Shown piece after piece: positions 9,398-19,795 of a stretch of 64,000 bases of DNA. How positions within the stretch are numbered: the stretch's first letter is position 1; each line of letters begins with the position of its first letter. Under the pieces are notes generated by a model. That model saw only the letters and a program-made list of their open reading frames with translations, was not told the DNA's origin and ran no database searches. This DNA comes from Phycisphaerae bacterium (GTDB lineage Bacteria; Planctomycetota; Phycisphaerae; UBA1845): NCBI GenBank assembly GCA_963666835.2, contig CAXXGO010000006.1:2176001-2240000 (forward strand), read 5' to 3'. Made by a program: the position numbers and the translations under genes.

Positions 9398-10141
9398 CTA
9401 TTCGTCTGAAGTCTGAGCCTGGGATTCGAGGAACTCCTGGTAATTCACGAACGTGTTAGGCCCGGTGAAGATCGAGGGCTGTTCCGCTCCCGGTAGCAGG
9501 AACGATTCCAGCCGGACCCCGCCGGCGACCCGCGTGTCCGCGATGGCGCGGAAGATAACGGTATCTCCGCAATTGAAGTTACTTGGTCCTTCGTCGGGAA
9601 CGCGCGACAGAGGACTGAGAGTCTCGGCGGAGATTCCTACGCCGCCTGGCTGACCCACGTCTCCACCGCCAACGAAGACCGCGGTGTCGCTCGACAAGAG
9701 GTTCTCCCCCAACCCCACCCGGTTGATTGCGGAAGTTGAGCAGGGAAACAAGGTGCTCAGTTCGTTCGCCGGCGACGCTGCTCTGGTTTGGATGCGGACG
9801 GATTCGATGGTCGGCTCTGTGACGATTACGCCGTCGTCGATTACCGGCTCGCCATCGTCATCTAGCCTGACCGATTCTCGTTCGATAGCAACAACGAACC
9901 GTGCGTTCTGCCCGGTATCATTGACGCACCGGACCAGCACGAAATCTGCGCGAGGTCCCGGCGTGAGCGGTACGTATCCGCCGGACGTCGTGGTGACGAA
10001 CGCAGGATTGAACAGGGTACCGCTGTCGCATGCGACCGCCAGCAGCAGGCCACCGATCGCCGAAGCGATCAGCATCGATTGGGTGAACTTCCTGGTGCCC
10101 ACGAGAGTGATCCTCCAATCCCCGGACCGGGGAATCGCCAA
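9398..10141 (-). CDS. Hypothetical lipoprotein
   Basis: LAVAC lipobox; CDSGTLFNPAFV, FPC and FNCGDTVIF motifs shared with the neighbouring gene. Confidence 0.7.
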   Translation of the reverse strand: MAIPRSGDWRITLVGTRKFTQSMLIASAIGGLLLAVACDSGTLFNPAFVTTTSGGYVPLTPGPRADFVLVRCVNDTGQNARFVVAIERESVRLDDDGEPVIDDGVIVTEPTIESVRIQTRAASPANELSTLFPCSTSAINRVGLGENLLSSDTAVFVGGGDVGQPGGVGISAETLSPLSRVPDEGPSNFNCGDTVIFRAIADTRVAGGVRLESFLLPGAEQPSIFTGPNTFVNYQEFLESQAQTSDE

Positions 10142-10157
10142 CGCAATAGTACTCGAC

Positions 10158-10973
10158 CTATTTGATTTCCGTCACGAAGCGGTAGCGACCGCCGACTCCC
10201 GCCACCGTGGACTCGTCGTCCCTATCGTAAGACGGCGAATCATCTTCTCCGGTAAGGAACGGAACGCTGAACTCACCCTCCAACACGAACGCCACCACCG
10301 AGCCACAGTACGGTGAAACCGGTGCCGGGGTGTCACCCGGGGCGAAGTTGCGCTGCAAGGTCACATAATTGTCCTCGTCTACATCATCCACCTCCAGCGC
10401 CTGGAACCCCGGGGCGATTCGCTCGCGAATCTCAAACTCCGTGGTAACTGCTCCACCCACTCCCGTCGCCTCGACCAGCTCGTACACCGCTATCTCAACC
10501 GGAATGTACACTTCAATCGGGCGATCCGGATCCAACTCGACTTGGACGACGTCGCACGGGAACACGACATTCGAGACCACTGACTCGGCGAAATCCGTCA
10601 CCTCGACCAGCTCGGCCGTTCCTACGGCGTATTGGAAGCTGGCTTCGGTGCCGTCCTGGTAGGTTACCAGTAGTCGCATGCGGACTGCAGGCTTGATGGA
10701 GTCCGAAGCGATACTGGACAGCCCATCGAGATTGGCGAGCATGTACGCGAGCGTCTGCTCCTCGATTTGGGCGTTGTTAATGAAGGTTACGATGATGGGC
10801 CCCGTACCGTTATCGATGCTTGCCAGGGCGTTCGCAGTCTCCGCGTCCAACAACGTTACAAACGCGGGGTTCAGCGAATCGCACCCCAAAAAAGGGATGG
10901 TAACGCATGCGGAAATCAGTAGGACGCGCGCGATCGCCGGCCGCATGTTTCTAATGCCAGAAAAAACAGTCAC
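10158..10973 (-). CDS. Hypothetical lipoprotein (distant paralog of 9398-10141)
   Basis: FLGC lipobox; CDSLNPAFV, VFPC, YCGSVVAF; start uncertain (10973 or 10946). Confidence 0.7.
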   Translation of the reverse strand: MTVFSGIRNMRPAIARVLLISACVTIPFLGCDSLNPAFVTLLDAETANALASIDNGTGPIIVTFINNAQIEEQTLAYMLANLDGLSSIASDSIKPAVRMRLLVTYQDGTEASFQYAVGTAELVEVTDFAESVVSNVVFPCDVVQVELDPDRPIEVYIPVEIAVYELVEATGVGGAVTTEFEIRERIAPGFQALEVDDVDEDNYVTLQRNFAPGDTPAPVSPYCGSVVAFVLEGEFSVPFLTGEDDSPSYDRDDESTVAGVGGRYRFVTEIK

Positions 10974-11254
10974 GAGTGAACCCTCTTTCTGTTTACCAGT
11001 CTGCAGGAGCCACCAACGGCTCGCGCCACGCAGACGCAGAGCACAGCTTCCCCCAACGCACGTAGTATCTCTCACCAGAATGTCAGGTCAACCCCTGGAG
11101 CGGCAACACAACGCCGCGACCTTGAGAATAGACCTTGAAGATGCTCCGGCGCTCGGGGGGGCGGCGGTGGCTGCGGAGCCCGATTGATTTTCCGGGCCAC
11201 AAGCCCTACAAGACTGCTCGGAGGACACGAGAATCTCGTTTTAGGAGCAGGTAA

Positions 11255-13063
11255 TTGGCCGTTGCTTATAACCAGCGAAGCCACCGTTGCGGTGAGCTCA
11301 GGCTGTCCGATGTAGGCGCAGAAGTCATCTTGGCCGGCTGGGTCCACTCTACGCGGGATCATGGCGGCATGGCCTTCGTGGATCTACGCGATCATACCGG
11401 CATGACTCAGCTCCAGTTCGCTTCCGATCACGCTGCTGTCCACGAGATCGCCCAGGGTCTGCACAATGAGGACGTAATCGCGGTTTCGGGAAAGGTCGTG
11501 GAACGCCTTAAATCAAACCCGAAGCTGCCTACCGGCGAAATAGAGGTCGAGGTCACCGAGGTCGACGTTCTGAGCCCTGCCGACCCGCTCCCTTTGCAGG
11601 TAAACGATGAGTTTGACTCCGGGGAGGACATGTGCCTTCGCCATCGCTTTCTGCACCTGCGACGGCCGGAGATGCAGGAGAAACTGCGTCTAAGGCACAC
11701 CATTGGGCGCGCGATAAGAGAGTATTTCAACGACAACGGGTTCGTGGAGGTCGAGACGCCGTTTCTGACCAAATCGACCCCGGAAGGAGCCCGTGACTAC
11801 TTGGTGCCTTCGCGCGTACGCCCCGGGACGTTCTATGCGCTTCCGCAGTCGCCGCAGATTTTCAAGCAACTGTTAATGGTTGCTGGGTTCGACCGATACG
11901 CTCAGATCGTCCGCTGTTTTCGCGATGAGGATCTCCGCGCCGATCGGCAGCCGGAGTTCACTCAGCTTGATATGGAAATGGCGTTCGTGAAGCGTGACGA
12001 GGTCATGACCATGGTCGAGGGATCGATCAAGCGGATATTCAAGGACGCCCTCGGTATTGACGTGCCGGTCCCGTTCCCGCGGATGACCGAGAAGGAGGCT
12101 ATGGACCGGTTCGGCACGGATCGCCCTGATACGCGCTTCGGGATGGAGCTTCAGGACGTTGCCGAGATTGCCCGCGAGACCGGTTTTGCAGTCTTCACCG
12201 ATGCGATCAAGGCCGGGGGGACGGTCAAGTGTTTGGTGGCCAAGGCGGCGGCCGACCGGCTCACGCGGAAGATCACCGACGGGTTGACGGACGAGATCAA
12301 GGGTATCGGAGGTGCCGGGCTGCCGTTGGTCAAGGTGACGAGCGAAAACGGTGAGGTTTCGTTTGCAACTGGGATTGCGAAGTTCGTGAAACCGATGGTG
12401 GGTGAGCTATGTGCCAGGGTCGGCGCCGAGCCCGGCGATGTGATCTTCTTCATGCCCGGCACGGTTGCCGACGTCAACAAGTACCTGGATTACCTGCGCG
12501 GGCGGTTGGCAAGAACGCTGGATGTCATCCCCAAGGACCGGTGGGATCTTCTATGGGTTATCGACTTCCCTCTCGTGGCTTGGGATGACGAGGAGCAGCG
12601 TTGGACCAGCACGCACCATCCATTCACGGCACCTTTGGATGAGGATCTTGCCCTTCTGGACACTGATCCCGGCAAGGTGCGCGACCAGGCCTACGATCTG
12701 GTATTGAACGGCGTGGAAATGGCCGGTGGGAGTATTCGAATCCACCGCCGCGACGTTCAGCAGAAGGTCTTCCGCCTGCTGGGGATCAGCGACGAAGAGG
12801 CCCACGCCAAGTTCGAGTTTCTCTTGGAGGCGTTGCGGTTCGGGGCTCCGCCGCATGGCGGGATTGCGTTCGGGTTTGACCGTTGGGCGATGATGCTAAC
12901 CGGGTCGGACAGTCTCCGCGAAGTCATCGCGTTTCCCAAGACCCAGCGAGCGGTGTGTCCGCTGACGGAAGCGCCGAGCGAGGTTTCAAAAGCGCAGCTC
13001 GACGAGCTGTTCATCTCGACCAAGGTGCCGGCTGAGAAGACGACCGGGGAGCCTCGCGGATAG
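11255..13063 (+). CDS. aspS: Aspartate--tRNA ligase (RDHGG suggests the non-discriminating type)
   Basis: TPEGARDY, ALPQSPQIFKQ, FRDEDLRADRQPEFTQLD, GAPPHGGIAFG. Confidence 0.98.
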   Translation: MAVAYNQRSHRCGELRLSDVGAEVILAGWVHSTRDHGGMAFVDLRDHTGMTQLQFASDHAAVHEIAQGLHNEDVIAVSGKVVERLKSNPKLPTGEIEVEVTEVDVLSPADPLPLQVNDEFDSGEDMCLRHRFLHLRRPEMQEKLRLRHTIGRAIREYFNDNGFVEVETPFLTKSTPEGARDYLVPSRVRPGTFYALPQSPQIFKQLLMVAGFDRYAQIVRCFRDEDLRADRQPEFTQLDMEMAFVKRDEVMTMVEGSIKRIFKDALGIDVPVPFPRMTEKEAMDRFGTDRPDTRFGMELQDVAEIARETGFAVFTDAIKAGGTVKCLVAKAAADRLTRKITDGLTDEIKGIGGAGLPLVKVTSENGEVSFATGIAKFVKPMVGELCARVGAEPGDVIFFMPGTVADVNKYLDYLRGRLARTLDVIPKDRWDLLWVIDFPLVAWDDEEQRWTSTHHPFTAPLDEDLALLDTDPGKVRDQAYDLVLNGVEMAGGSIRIHRRDVQQKVFRLLGISDEEAHAKFEFLLEALRFGAPPHGGIAFGFDRWAMMLTGSDSLREVIAFPKTQRAVCPLTEAPSEVSKAQLDELFISTKVPAEKTTGEPRG

Positions 13064-13132
13064 GCCAACTCCAGGCGTGGCGAGGCCGTTGCCCATTGTG
13101 CCGGCCGACGCGGATGGGCGAGCCATGCCGGT

Positions 13133-13591
13133 CTAACCGGCGTTGTGCTTTCCGGTTGTCTCGTAGGAAGAGATCTTTTGGAGCCGCCGTTCGTGACGGC
13201 CGCCCTCGTAGTCGGTGCGGAGCCAGACATCGATAACGCGGTGGATCAGCTCCTCACCTATAAGGTCTGCGGGAAGGCACAGGACGTTGGCGTTGTTGTG
13301 TCGACGCGACATTTCTGCGGTGAGCTCGTCGTGGCACAGGGCCGCCCGGATGCCGCGGACCTTGTTGGCGGTGATGGACATACCGATGCCCGTTCCGCAG
13401 AAGAGAATCCCGCACTCGGTCTTGCCCTCGGCTACGGAAACGGCGCTGGCCAGCCCGATGTCCGGGTAATCACAGCCGGCGGGGCTGTCGCAGCCGAAAT
13501 CCTCCACTACGTGTCCTGCCTCCGTGAGAAAGACCTTGGTCCGTTCCTTGGCGGCGAAGCCGCGGTGGTCACTCGCCAGAGCGATCTTCAT
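13133..13591 (-). CDS. rpiB: Ribose-5-phosphate isomerase B
   Basis: IALASDH, DYPD, CGTGIGMSITANKVRGIRAA, HNNANVL, GGRH; start overlaps upstream stop (ATGA). Confidence 0.96.
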   Translation of the reverse strand: MKIALASDHRGFAAKERTKVFLTEAGHVVEDFGCDSPAGCDYPDIGLASAVSVAEGKTECGILFCGTGIGMSITANKVRGIRAALCHDELTAEMSRRHNNANVLCLPADLIGEELIHRVIDVWLRTDYEGGRHERRLQKISSYETTGKHNAG

Positions 13592-14700
13592 ATACTCATC
13601 TCCTGCAGCCGCGCCCTGAGGCCCTCCTCGATGGTCCGCGCGCATGCCTCATATTCCTGTTCATCGCCGCCAATCGGATCCCGAACGTCGATCCCGTCCA
13701 GCAGGGTTGCGGTTCGGTCGTGGGCGGAGGGTACCATATCCAGCACCGCGTTGCGATGTGCGCGGGTCATTGTGAGAATCAGATCGGCCTCGCGGATGCG
13801 CTCAACGGTCAGGTTCGAAGAGCGGTGTGCGGCGATATCCGCCCTGCGCCGCTCGGCCGCAGTTAAAGCGTGTGCAGATGCGGAACCCCAACCTCCTGCA
13901 ATGCCGGCCGAGGTGACCAGGATACCACGGTCGGGAAGTTCGCAGACTTCGCATTTCACTCTTTCCGCCAACAGCGCGGCCGCGATTCCGGCGGCCATCG
14001 GGCTTCGGCACGTATTCCCGGTGCAGACGAAGAGGATGTGCTTGGATGCGAGGCGTCGGATGGTCTTTGCGGTGTAGACCCCTTTCCGGATGATATCGTA
14101 ATCATCGCCGTCAATCCGAACGACCGTGGAAGCTTTCGCGTGCTCAGTGGGTCCCGCATCCACAAGGACGTCCACCAGTCCGTCGAAATGTTGGAGCACT
14201 TCATCCCCGGTTCGTGGGGGCGGCAGCCCGGGGGGGTTTGCGCTGGCGGCAACGACGGGTGATCCGGCCATTCGGAGGATATCGCGCGTAATCGGGTGGT
14301 CCGGGCAACGCAGGCCTACGAAACCGTCGACATACACCGCCGACAGGTTCAATCCGGCGTCATTCGGGGATGCGTCGCCTACCGTGCCGCGGACCACCAA
14401 AGTCAAGGGCCCCGGCCAGGCTTTACGCATAAGGCGGCTGGCGAGTGGCGGCGGGTCGGGAACGAGCTGTGCGACGTCTGCGGGATCGGCGATATGGACC
14501 GCAAAAGCCTTGACGGGGGGGCGTTGCTTCAATTCTCGCAGGCGTTCGAGCGCCCCGGCCACCGCGGTACAGGCACCGACTCCGTAGACCGTTTCCGTTG
14601 GGAAAGCCACCAAGCCGCCATTGCTGAGCACGGCACCGGCCCGGCGGGCGATCGCATCCCGACTGGTCTGCGAGTCAAGGCTGAGAACCTCCGTTGCCAT
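13588..14700 (-). CDS. tsaC: TsaC/Sua5 threonylcarbamoyl-AMP synthase fused to an LMW phosphatase (YwlE-like arginine phosphatase)
   Basis: PTETVYG, KQRP, WPGPLT, SAN; C-terminal ILFVCTGNTCRSPMA and DPIGG. Confidence 0.9.
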   Translation of the reverse strand: MATEVLSLDSQTSRDAIARRAGAVLSNGGLVAFPTETVYGVGACTAVAGALERLRELKQRPPVKAFAVHIADPADVAQLVPDPPPLASRLMRKAWPGPLTLVVRGTVGDASPNDAGLNLSAVYVDGFVGLRCPDHPITRDILRMAGSPVVAASANPPGLPPPRTGDEVLQHFDGLVDVLVDAGPTEHAKASTVVRIDGDDYDIIRKGVYTAKTIRRLASKHILFVCTGNTCRSPMAAGIAAALLAERVKCEVCELPDRGILVTSAGIAGGWGSASAHALTAAERRRADIAAHRSSNLTVERIREADLILTMTRAHRNAVLDMVPSAHDRTATLLDGIDVRDPIGGDEQEYEACARTIEEGLRARLQEMSI

Positions 14701-14921
14701 AAGCTCCTCCCTGTTGGGGGGAAAGTAAGGGCGGGGTCCACGGCGGTCAAGCTGGGGAGGCGGACGGTTTGTCGCGTGGCGGAGGCGCGGCGTGTCCGGG
14801 GCTTTTCAACGTGAACAGCAGGGTGTAGGGTGCTGCTGTGTAATGAGGATGCGGGCCGCCGGCCCGCCTGGGGCGTTGCTAGGCACGCTCCGCTTCTGCG
14901 AGTAGCACGGAAAGGAACAAC

Positions 14922-17780
14922 ATGAGAACTTACGACAGACTGGGCAAGGTCTTTGCCGTGTTTGCGGTTTTTGTTGCATGCGTTCTCCCGGCTCAGGCGG
15001 GGCAACTGCCGAGTGACCCGAAGATCGTGCAAGGAGAGCTTGCTAACGGCGTGAAATGGCTCTACCGGCAGCACGACAACCCGCCGGGGAAGATGGCGCT
15101 GATGATCCACGTGGATACCGGCTCGTTGAACGAGACGGAGGAGCAACGTGGTCTGGCCCACTTCTTAGAGCACATGGCTTTCAACGGCACGGAGCATTTC
15201 GGTCCGGGCGAACTGATCAAGTACTTCGAGGGCATCGGAATGGAGTTTGGGGCCGATCTGAACGCCTTTACCTCGTTCGATCAGACTGTGTATATGCTGT
15301 TCACGCCCGACACGAAACCGGCGCAGCTCGATAAAGCCCTGACCGTGTTGAGCGACTACGCATTCCGGATGCTTCTGCTGGAAGAGGAAATCGAGAAGGA
15401 GCGAGGTGTCATTCTCGAGGAATCCCGCTCGGGCAAGAATGCCTTTCAGAGGATTCGCGACAAGTTGTGGCCGGAGCTGTTCGCGGGGTCGCGCTTTGCC
15501 GAGCGATTGCCCATCGGATTGGAAGAGGTCATCATCAACGCCCCCAAGGCCGTGTTTGAGGATTACTACCGGGCTTGGTATCGCCCGGAGAACGTGACCG
15601 TGCTACTTGTCGGTGACGCCAGGTCGGACGAGATCATCCCATTTGTCGAGAAGTGGTTTGGCGAGTATCGGTCACCGGTTCCGGCGCGCGAACCGCTCGG
15701 GGCGGAGTTCACCCCCTTCACGGAACAGCGTGCCATGGTGGTGACGGATCCGGAGATGGCGTTCTGCGAAGTTGGCATGATGAACATTTACCCCGGGCGG
15801 CCGCCGACGACGACAGTGAGCGCCTGGCGCACCGAGCTGGTGGAGTACATCGGCACATGGTTGGTGGACCGGCGATATGAGAACCGGGTCAACGAGGGCC
15901 TTGCCAGTTTCCGTGGAGCGTCCTCCAGCGTTTCGGACTTCTTCGACGAGGCGCTCCTGGTTTCCGCCAACGCCGAGGGCGAACCGCAGGATTGGGCGAA
16001 GATGATCGAGGAACTGGTTGTGGAGGTGAGCCGGGCACGCTCGTTTGGTTTTACCGACCGGGAGCTGCAACTAGCCAAGAAGGAAATCCTCGCCGAAGCC
16101 GAGCGCGCGGTGCGGACTGAGCCCACGCGCGCCGCCCGGGGTTTCCTTTTCGGAATGCTCTCAGCGGTCAACAACAAGGAGCCGATTCTCTCCGCCCAGC
16201 AAGAGCTGGACTTGCTTGAGGAACTGTTGCCCTCGATTCAGATTGCGGAAGTCAGTGAGACGTTCAAGAAGCACTTCCGCCCTGGGACATTTGCTTACAC
16301 CGTGGAGATGGTGGAGAAGGACGGAGTGCCGGTGCCGACGCGTGAGGACGTGCTGGCCTGCGCCGGGGCCGCGTGGGCTCGCCGAGTCGAACCGATCAAA
16401 GAAGACGCTGCTCCCACAGAGCTGCTGGCGTCGATGCCGACGCCGGGGAAGGTCGTTGAGCGCGTGGTCGACGCGGACCTCGATGTGACTTGCGCGTGGC
16501 TGGACAACGGCGTTCGGGTGCATCATCGGTTCATGGACTACAAGAAGGACACGGTATTCGTGAGCGTTGCGCTGGCCGGAGGCGAGATTGAAGAGACTGC
16601 CGCAAACTCCAAGATCACGGATGTCGCGTCGCTGGCAATCAACGAAGCCGCTACGAATCGGCTGACTTCGACCAACATCCGGGACATCATGACCGGGAAG
16701 AACATCCGGATCGGGGCGCGGGGCGAGGGAGACTCGCTCACCATTCAGATGACCGGATCGCCGATCGACCTGGAGGCCGGGCTGCAGGAGGCGCATGCTC
16801 TGCTGACCGACGGGAAGATCGAGGAGTCGGCGTTCAAGAACTGGAAACTCGGGATGCTGCAGCAGATTGAAATGATGCAGACCATGCCGATGTTCAAGGC
16901 CTACGAAGCGATGATGAGCCTGCTAACCGGGGATGATCCGCGGCTCAAGCCGATCACGAAGGAAGACGTCGAGCGGCAGTCAATCGCCGCCGCCCAGGCG
17001 TGGTTCGACCGTTTGTGTCGCGAAGCGCCGATTGAGGTTGCGGTCGTTGGCGACATCAGCGTTGATGCGGCGATGAGCCTCATTGAGAAGTACATAGGAT
17101 CACTTCCCAAACGAAGCCGGACCGCGGATCACCTGAGCAAACTCCGGCGCCTGGCCCGGCCGACCGGTCCGCTGGCGCGGCATGTCGAGGTGGAGACAAT
17201 GACTCCGCAGGGCATGGCCTTTGCCGGTTTCGTAGGATGCAACGGGCGCGATGCGGCGGATCGTAGAGCCTTGGACTTGGCCGCGAACGTTCTGGATAGC
17301 CGGCTGATCAAGACGATCCGCGAGGATCTCGGGCTGGTCTACTCCATCGGAGCCCGCAACAACGCGTCTTGGGTCTTCGAGGATGCCGGGCAGTTTGGCG
17401 CCGGGGCGCCTTGCGATCCGGCCAACGCTGAGGCAGTGGCCGAGAAGGTCCATGAGATGTTCCAGGCCTTTGCCGACGACGGTCCGACGGAGGAGGAGCT
17501 GCAGAATGCAAAGAAGCAAATCGCCAACAATCTCGACACCGAGATGAAGGAGCCGAACTACTGGTGGCGGGTGTTACGGCATATCGACCTTCACGGAGGT
17601 AACCTGAACGATGAGAAGGTGGAGAAAGAGGCGTTCTCGCAGTTCACGACCACCCAGGTTCGGGACGTCTTCCGGAAGTACTACAAACCCGCCCGGCAGT
17701 TCCGGGTGACGGCCGTTCCGACCAAGGCCGATGTCGCCGTCGAGGAGGAGGCGGGCGAAGCAGCGACCGCGGGTTCCTGA
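14922..17780 (+). CDS. Secreted M16 family (PqqL/pitrilysin-like) zinc peptidase
   Basis: Signal peptide; GLAHFLEHMAFNGT (HxxEH), NAFTSFDQTVY, IREDLGLVYS. Confidence 0.93.
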   Translation: MRTYDRLGKVFAVFAVFVACVLPAQAGQLPSDPKIVQGELANGVKWLYRQHDNPPGKMALMIHVDTGSLNETEEQRGLAHFLEHMAFNGTEHFGPGELIKYFEGIGMEFGADLNAFTSFDQTVYMLFTPDTKPAQLDKALTVLSDYAFRMLLLEEEIEKERGVILEESRSGKNAFQRIRDKLWPELFAGSRFAERLPIGLEEVIINAPKAVFEDYYRAWYRPENVTVLLVGDARSDEIIPFVEKWFGEYRSPVPAREPLGAEFTPFTEQRAMVVTDPEMAFCEVGMMNIYPGRPPTTTVSAWRTELVEYIGTWLVDRRYENRVNEGLASFRGASSSVSDFFDEALLVSANAEGEPQDWAKMIEELVVEVSRARSFGFTDRELQLAKKEILAEAERAVRTEPTRAARGFLFGMLSAVNNKEPILSAQQELDLLEELLPSIQIAEVSETFKKHFRPGTFAYTVEMVEKDGVPVPTREDVLACAGAAWARRVEPIKEDAAPTELLASMPTPGKVVERVVDADLDVTCAWLDNGVRVHHRFMDYKKDTVFVSVALAGGEIEETAANSKITDVASLAINEAATNRLTSTNIRDIMTGKNIRIGARGEGDSLTIQMTGSPIDLEAGLQEAHALLTDGKIEESAFKNWKLGMLQQIEMMQTMPMFKAYEAMMSLLTGDDPRLKPITKEDVERQSIAAAQAWFDRLCREAPIEVAVVGDISVDAAMSLIEKYIGSLPKRSRTADHLSKLRRLARPTGPLARHVEVETMTPQGMAFAGFVGCNGRDAADRRALDLAANVLDSRLIKTIREDLGLVYSIGARNNASWVFEDAGQFGAGAPCDPANAEAVAEKVHEMFQAFADDGPTEEELQNAKKQIANNLDTEMKEPNYWWRVLRHIDLHGGNLNDEKVEKEAFSQFTTTQVRDVFRKYYKPARQFRVTAVPTKADVAVEEEAGEAATAGS

Positions 17781-18038
17781 GATTATGCGGCCCGGAGAAT
17801 GGTCTCGTTGGGTGGGGCGTTTTCTGACAGGATAGTCCGGTGGGAAACGTCACCCATGTTTGAGCCATGCCTGCGCTGCTGCTGCCGGTGTTTTCGGGGT
17901 GTAACGGGTAGCGCAGGGAGTGCTTGACAGCGGTTTTGGTAGCGCGTTATTTTCCCGGCGCTGAGTGTGTCTGCAACGCGATTCTCGCGGTGCATAGGGC
18001 ACGGTCTCCTTGGATATACATGGGTAAGGGGCCTGTTG

Positions 18039-19001
18039 ATGATTCAGGTGAGGAATCTAACCAAGAGTTTCGGTCCGCTGGTCGCCGTGAACGACATATC
18101 GTTTGACGTCGAGCGCGGCGGCGTGGTCGGGTTTCTTGGCCCGAACGGCGCGGGCAAGACGACGACGATTCGCATTCTGACCTGCTATCATCCGGCGACG
18201 AGCGGGTCGGCGACGATCGCGGGGTTTGATGTCTTTCGTGATTCGATCGCCGTGCGGCGGCGAATCGGTTATCTGCCGGAAAGCACTCCGCTCTATCCCG
18301 AGATGCGGGTGCGTGAGTACCTCGACTTCCGGGGGAAGCTGCGCGGGATGTCGCGACAGGATCGTACCACAGCGGTGCGGCGGGCGACCGAGCGGTGCTG
18401 GTTGGGCGAGTTTATTGAACGTCCCATCGGCCAGCTTTCCAAGGGAATGCGACAGCGGGTGGGGTTGGCTGATGCCATCCTGCACGAGCCGGAAGTGCTC
18501 GTTTTGGATGAGCCGACGATCGGGCTCGATCCGAACCAGATTCGCGAGACGCGCAATCTGATAAAGGAGCTAGGGGAGCAGCATACCGTTCTGCTCAGTT
18601 CGCATATTCTGCACGAGGTGGAGCAGGCTTGCTCGCACGCGCTGATTATCGCTTCGGGTAAGATCGTCGCCAGCGGCTCTCCCAAGGAACTGCGGGACCG
18701 GTTTAGCTCTCAGGGGCAGGTGATCGCCGAGATCCAGGCCCCGCCGGAGGACGTGGAGAAAGCCGCGTCGAACATCCCTCAGGTACAGGGTGCCAAGGCC
18801 TCGTCGGTGGATGGTTGGACGCATCTCGCGGTGACGCCTAAGCCCGATGCCGATGTTCGCGCGGACATCTTTCGAATGGCGGCCGACAAGAGCTGGCTGT
18901 TGCGCGAGATTCACCGAGAAGGGGCGACCTTGGAGGACTTCTTCGTTCAGGTCACGGCGCGGCAGCAGGACGAGCAGCGGGAGAGAGTGGCGGGCCGCTG
19001 A
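18039..19001 (+). CDS. ABC transporter ATP-binding protein (GldA-like)
   Basis: GPNGAGKT, LSKGMRQRVG, LDEPT. Confidence 0.92.
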   Translation: MIQVRNLTKSFGPLVAVNDISFDVERGGVVGFLGPNGAGKTTTIRILTCYHPATSGSATIAGFDVFRDSIAVRRRIGYLPESTPLYPEMRVREYLDFRGKLRGMSRQDRTTAVRRATERCWLGEFIERPIGQLSKGMRQRVGLADAILHEPEVLVLDEPTIGLDPNQIRETRNLIKELGEQHTVLLSSHILHEVEQACSHALIIASGKIVASGSPKELRDRFSSQGQVIAEIQAPPEDVEKAASNIPQVQGAKASSVDGWTHLAVTPKPDADVRADIFRMAADKSWLLREIHREGATLEDFFVQVTARQQDEQRERVAGR

Positions 19002-19075
19002 TCCGTCGATCTGCCCCGGCGGAGAATACTAGTAATGACAGGGAACTTTGGGTTTTCTAAAGGACGGAGTCGCTG

Positions 19076-19795
19076 ATGCGAAACATCTGCACCATGGCGC
19101 AGCGTGAACTCGGCGCGTTCTTCCTATCGCCGATCGCATACGCGGTGAATGCGATCTTCCTGTTCACCGCAGGGCTGGCATTCGGTTTGGGTACGTTCGG
19201 GCCGGGCTTGGAGGTGTCTTTAAGGTCGCTCCTGGATTTCTGGATTGTGCTGATTCTCGTGTTCGTGTTGCCGATGCTGGCGATGCGATTGGTCAGCGAG
19301 GAACTCAGGAATGGGACGATTGAGACGTTAATGACCGCCCCGATCACCGAGACCGAGGTGATCCTCGGGAAGTTTCTGGGGGCGTTGGGCTTCTACGTGA
19401 TTATGATCGCGGCTTTGTTGCTGTACCCAATCATTCTGGCGGTCTACGGGGACCTCGATGTGGGGCTGTTGATCTGCCATTACATCGGGCTGCTGCTGCT
19501 GGGGGGGCTCTACCTCGCGGTCAGTCTGTTCTTCAGCACACTAACGAAGCATCAGGTGATCGCAGTACTGGCCAGCTTCGCCCTGCTGGCCCTGATGACC
19601 TTCGCCTTTCAGGCGATGTCTCAGCTTGTGGAGGGCTGGCCAAAGGTGGTTCTGCAGCAGCTTTCGATTCGAAGCCACTTTCACGACTTCGTCCGGGGCA
19701 TGCTCGATTTGAATCATGTTGTGTTCTTCCTGAGCACGACCGGTCTGTTTCTGTTCCTGACCGTCAAGTTGCTGGAGGTGCGCCGATGGCAGTAA
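19076..19795 (+). CDS. ABC-2 permease (GldF-like)
   Basis: RELGAFFLSPIAY, SEELRNGTIETLMTAP, GKFL; multiple TM segments. Confidence 0.9.
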   Translation: MRNICTMAQRELGAFFLSPIAYAVNAIFLFTAGLAFGLGTFGPGLEVSLRSLLDFWIVLILVFVLPMLAMRLVSEELRNGTIETLMTAPITETEVILGKFLGALGFYVIMIAALLLYPIILAVYGDLDVGLLICHYIGLLLLGGLYLAVSLFFSTLTKHQVIAVLASFALLALMTFAFQAMSQLVEGWPKVVLQQLSIRSHFHDFVRGMLDLNHVVFFLSTTGLFLFLTVKLLEVRRWQ

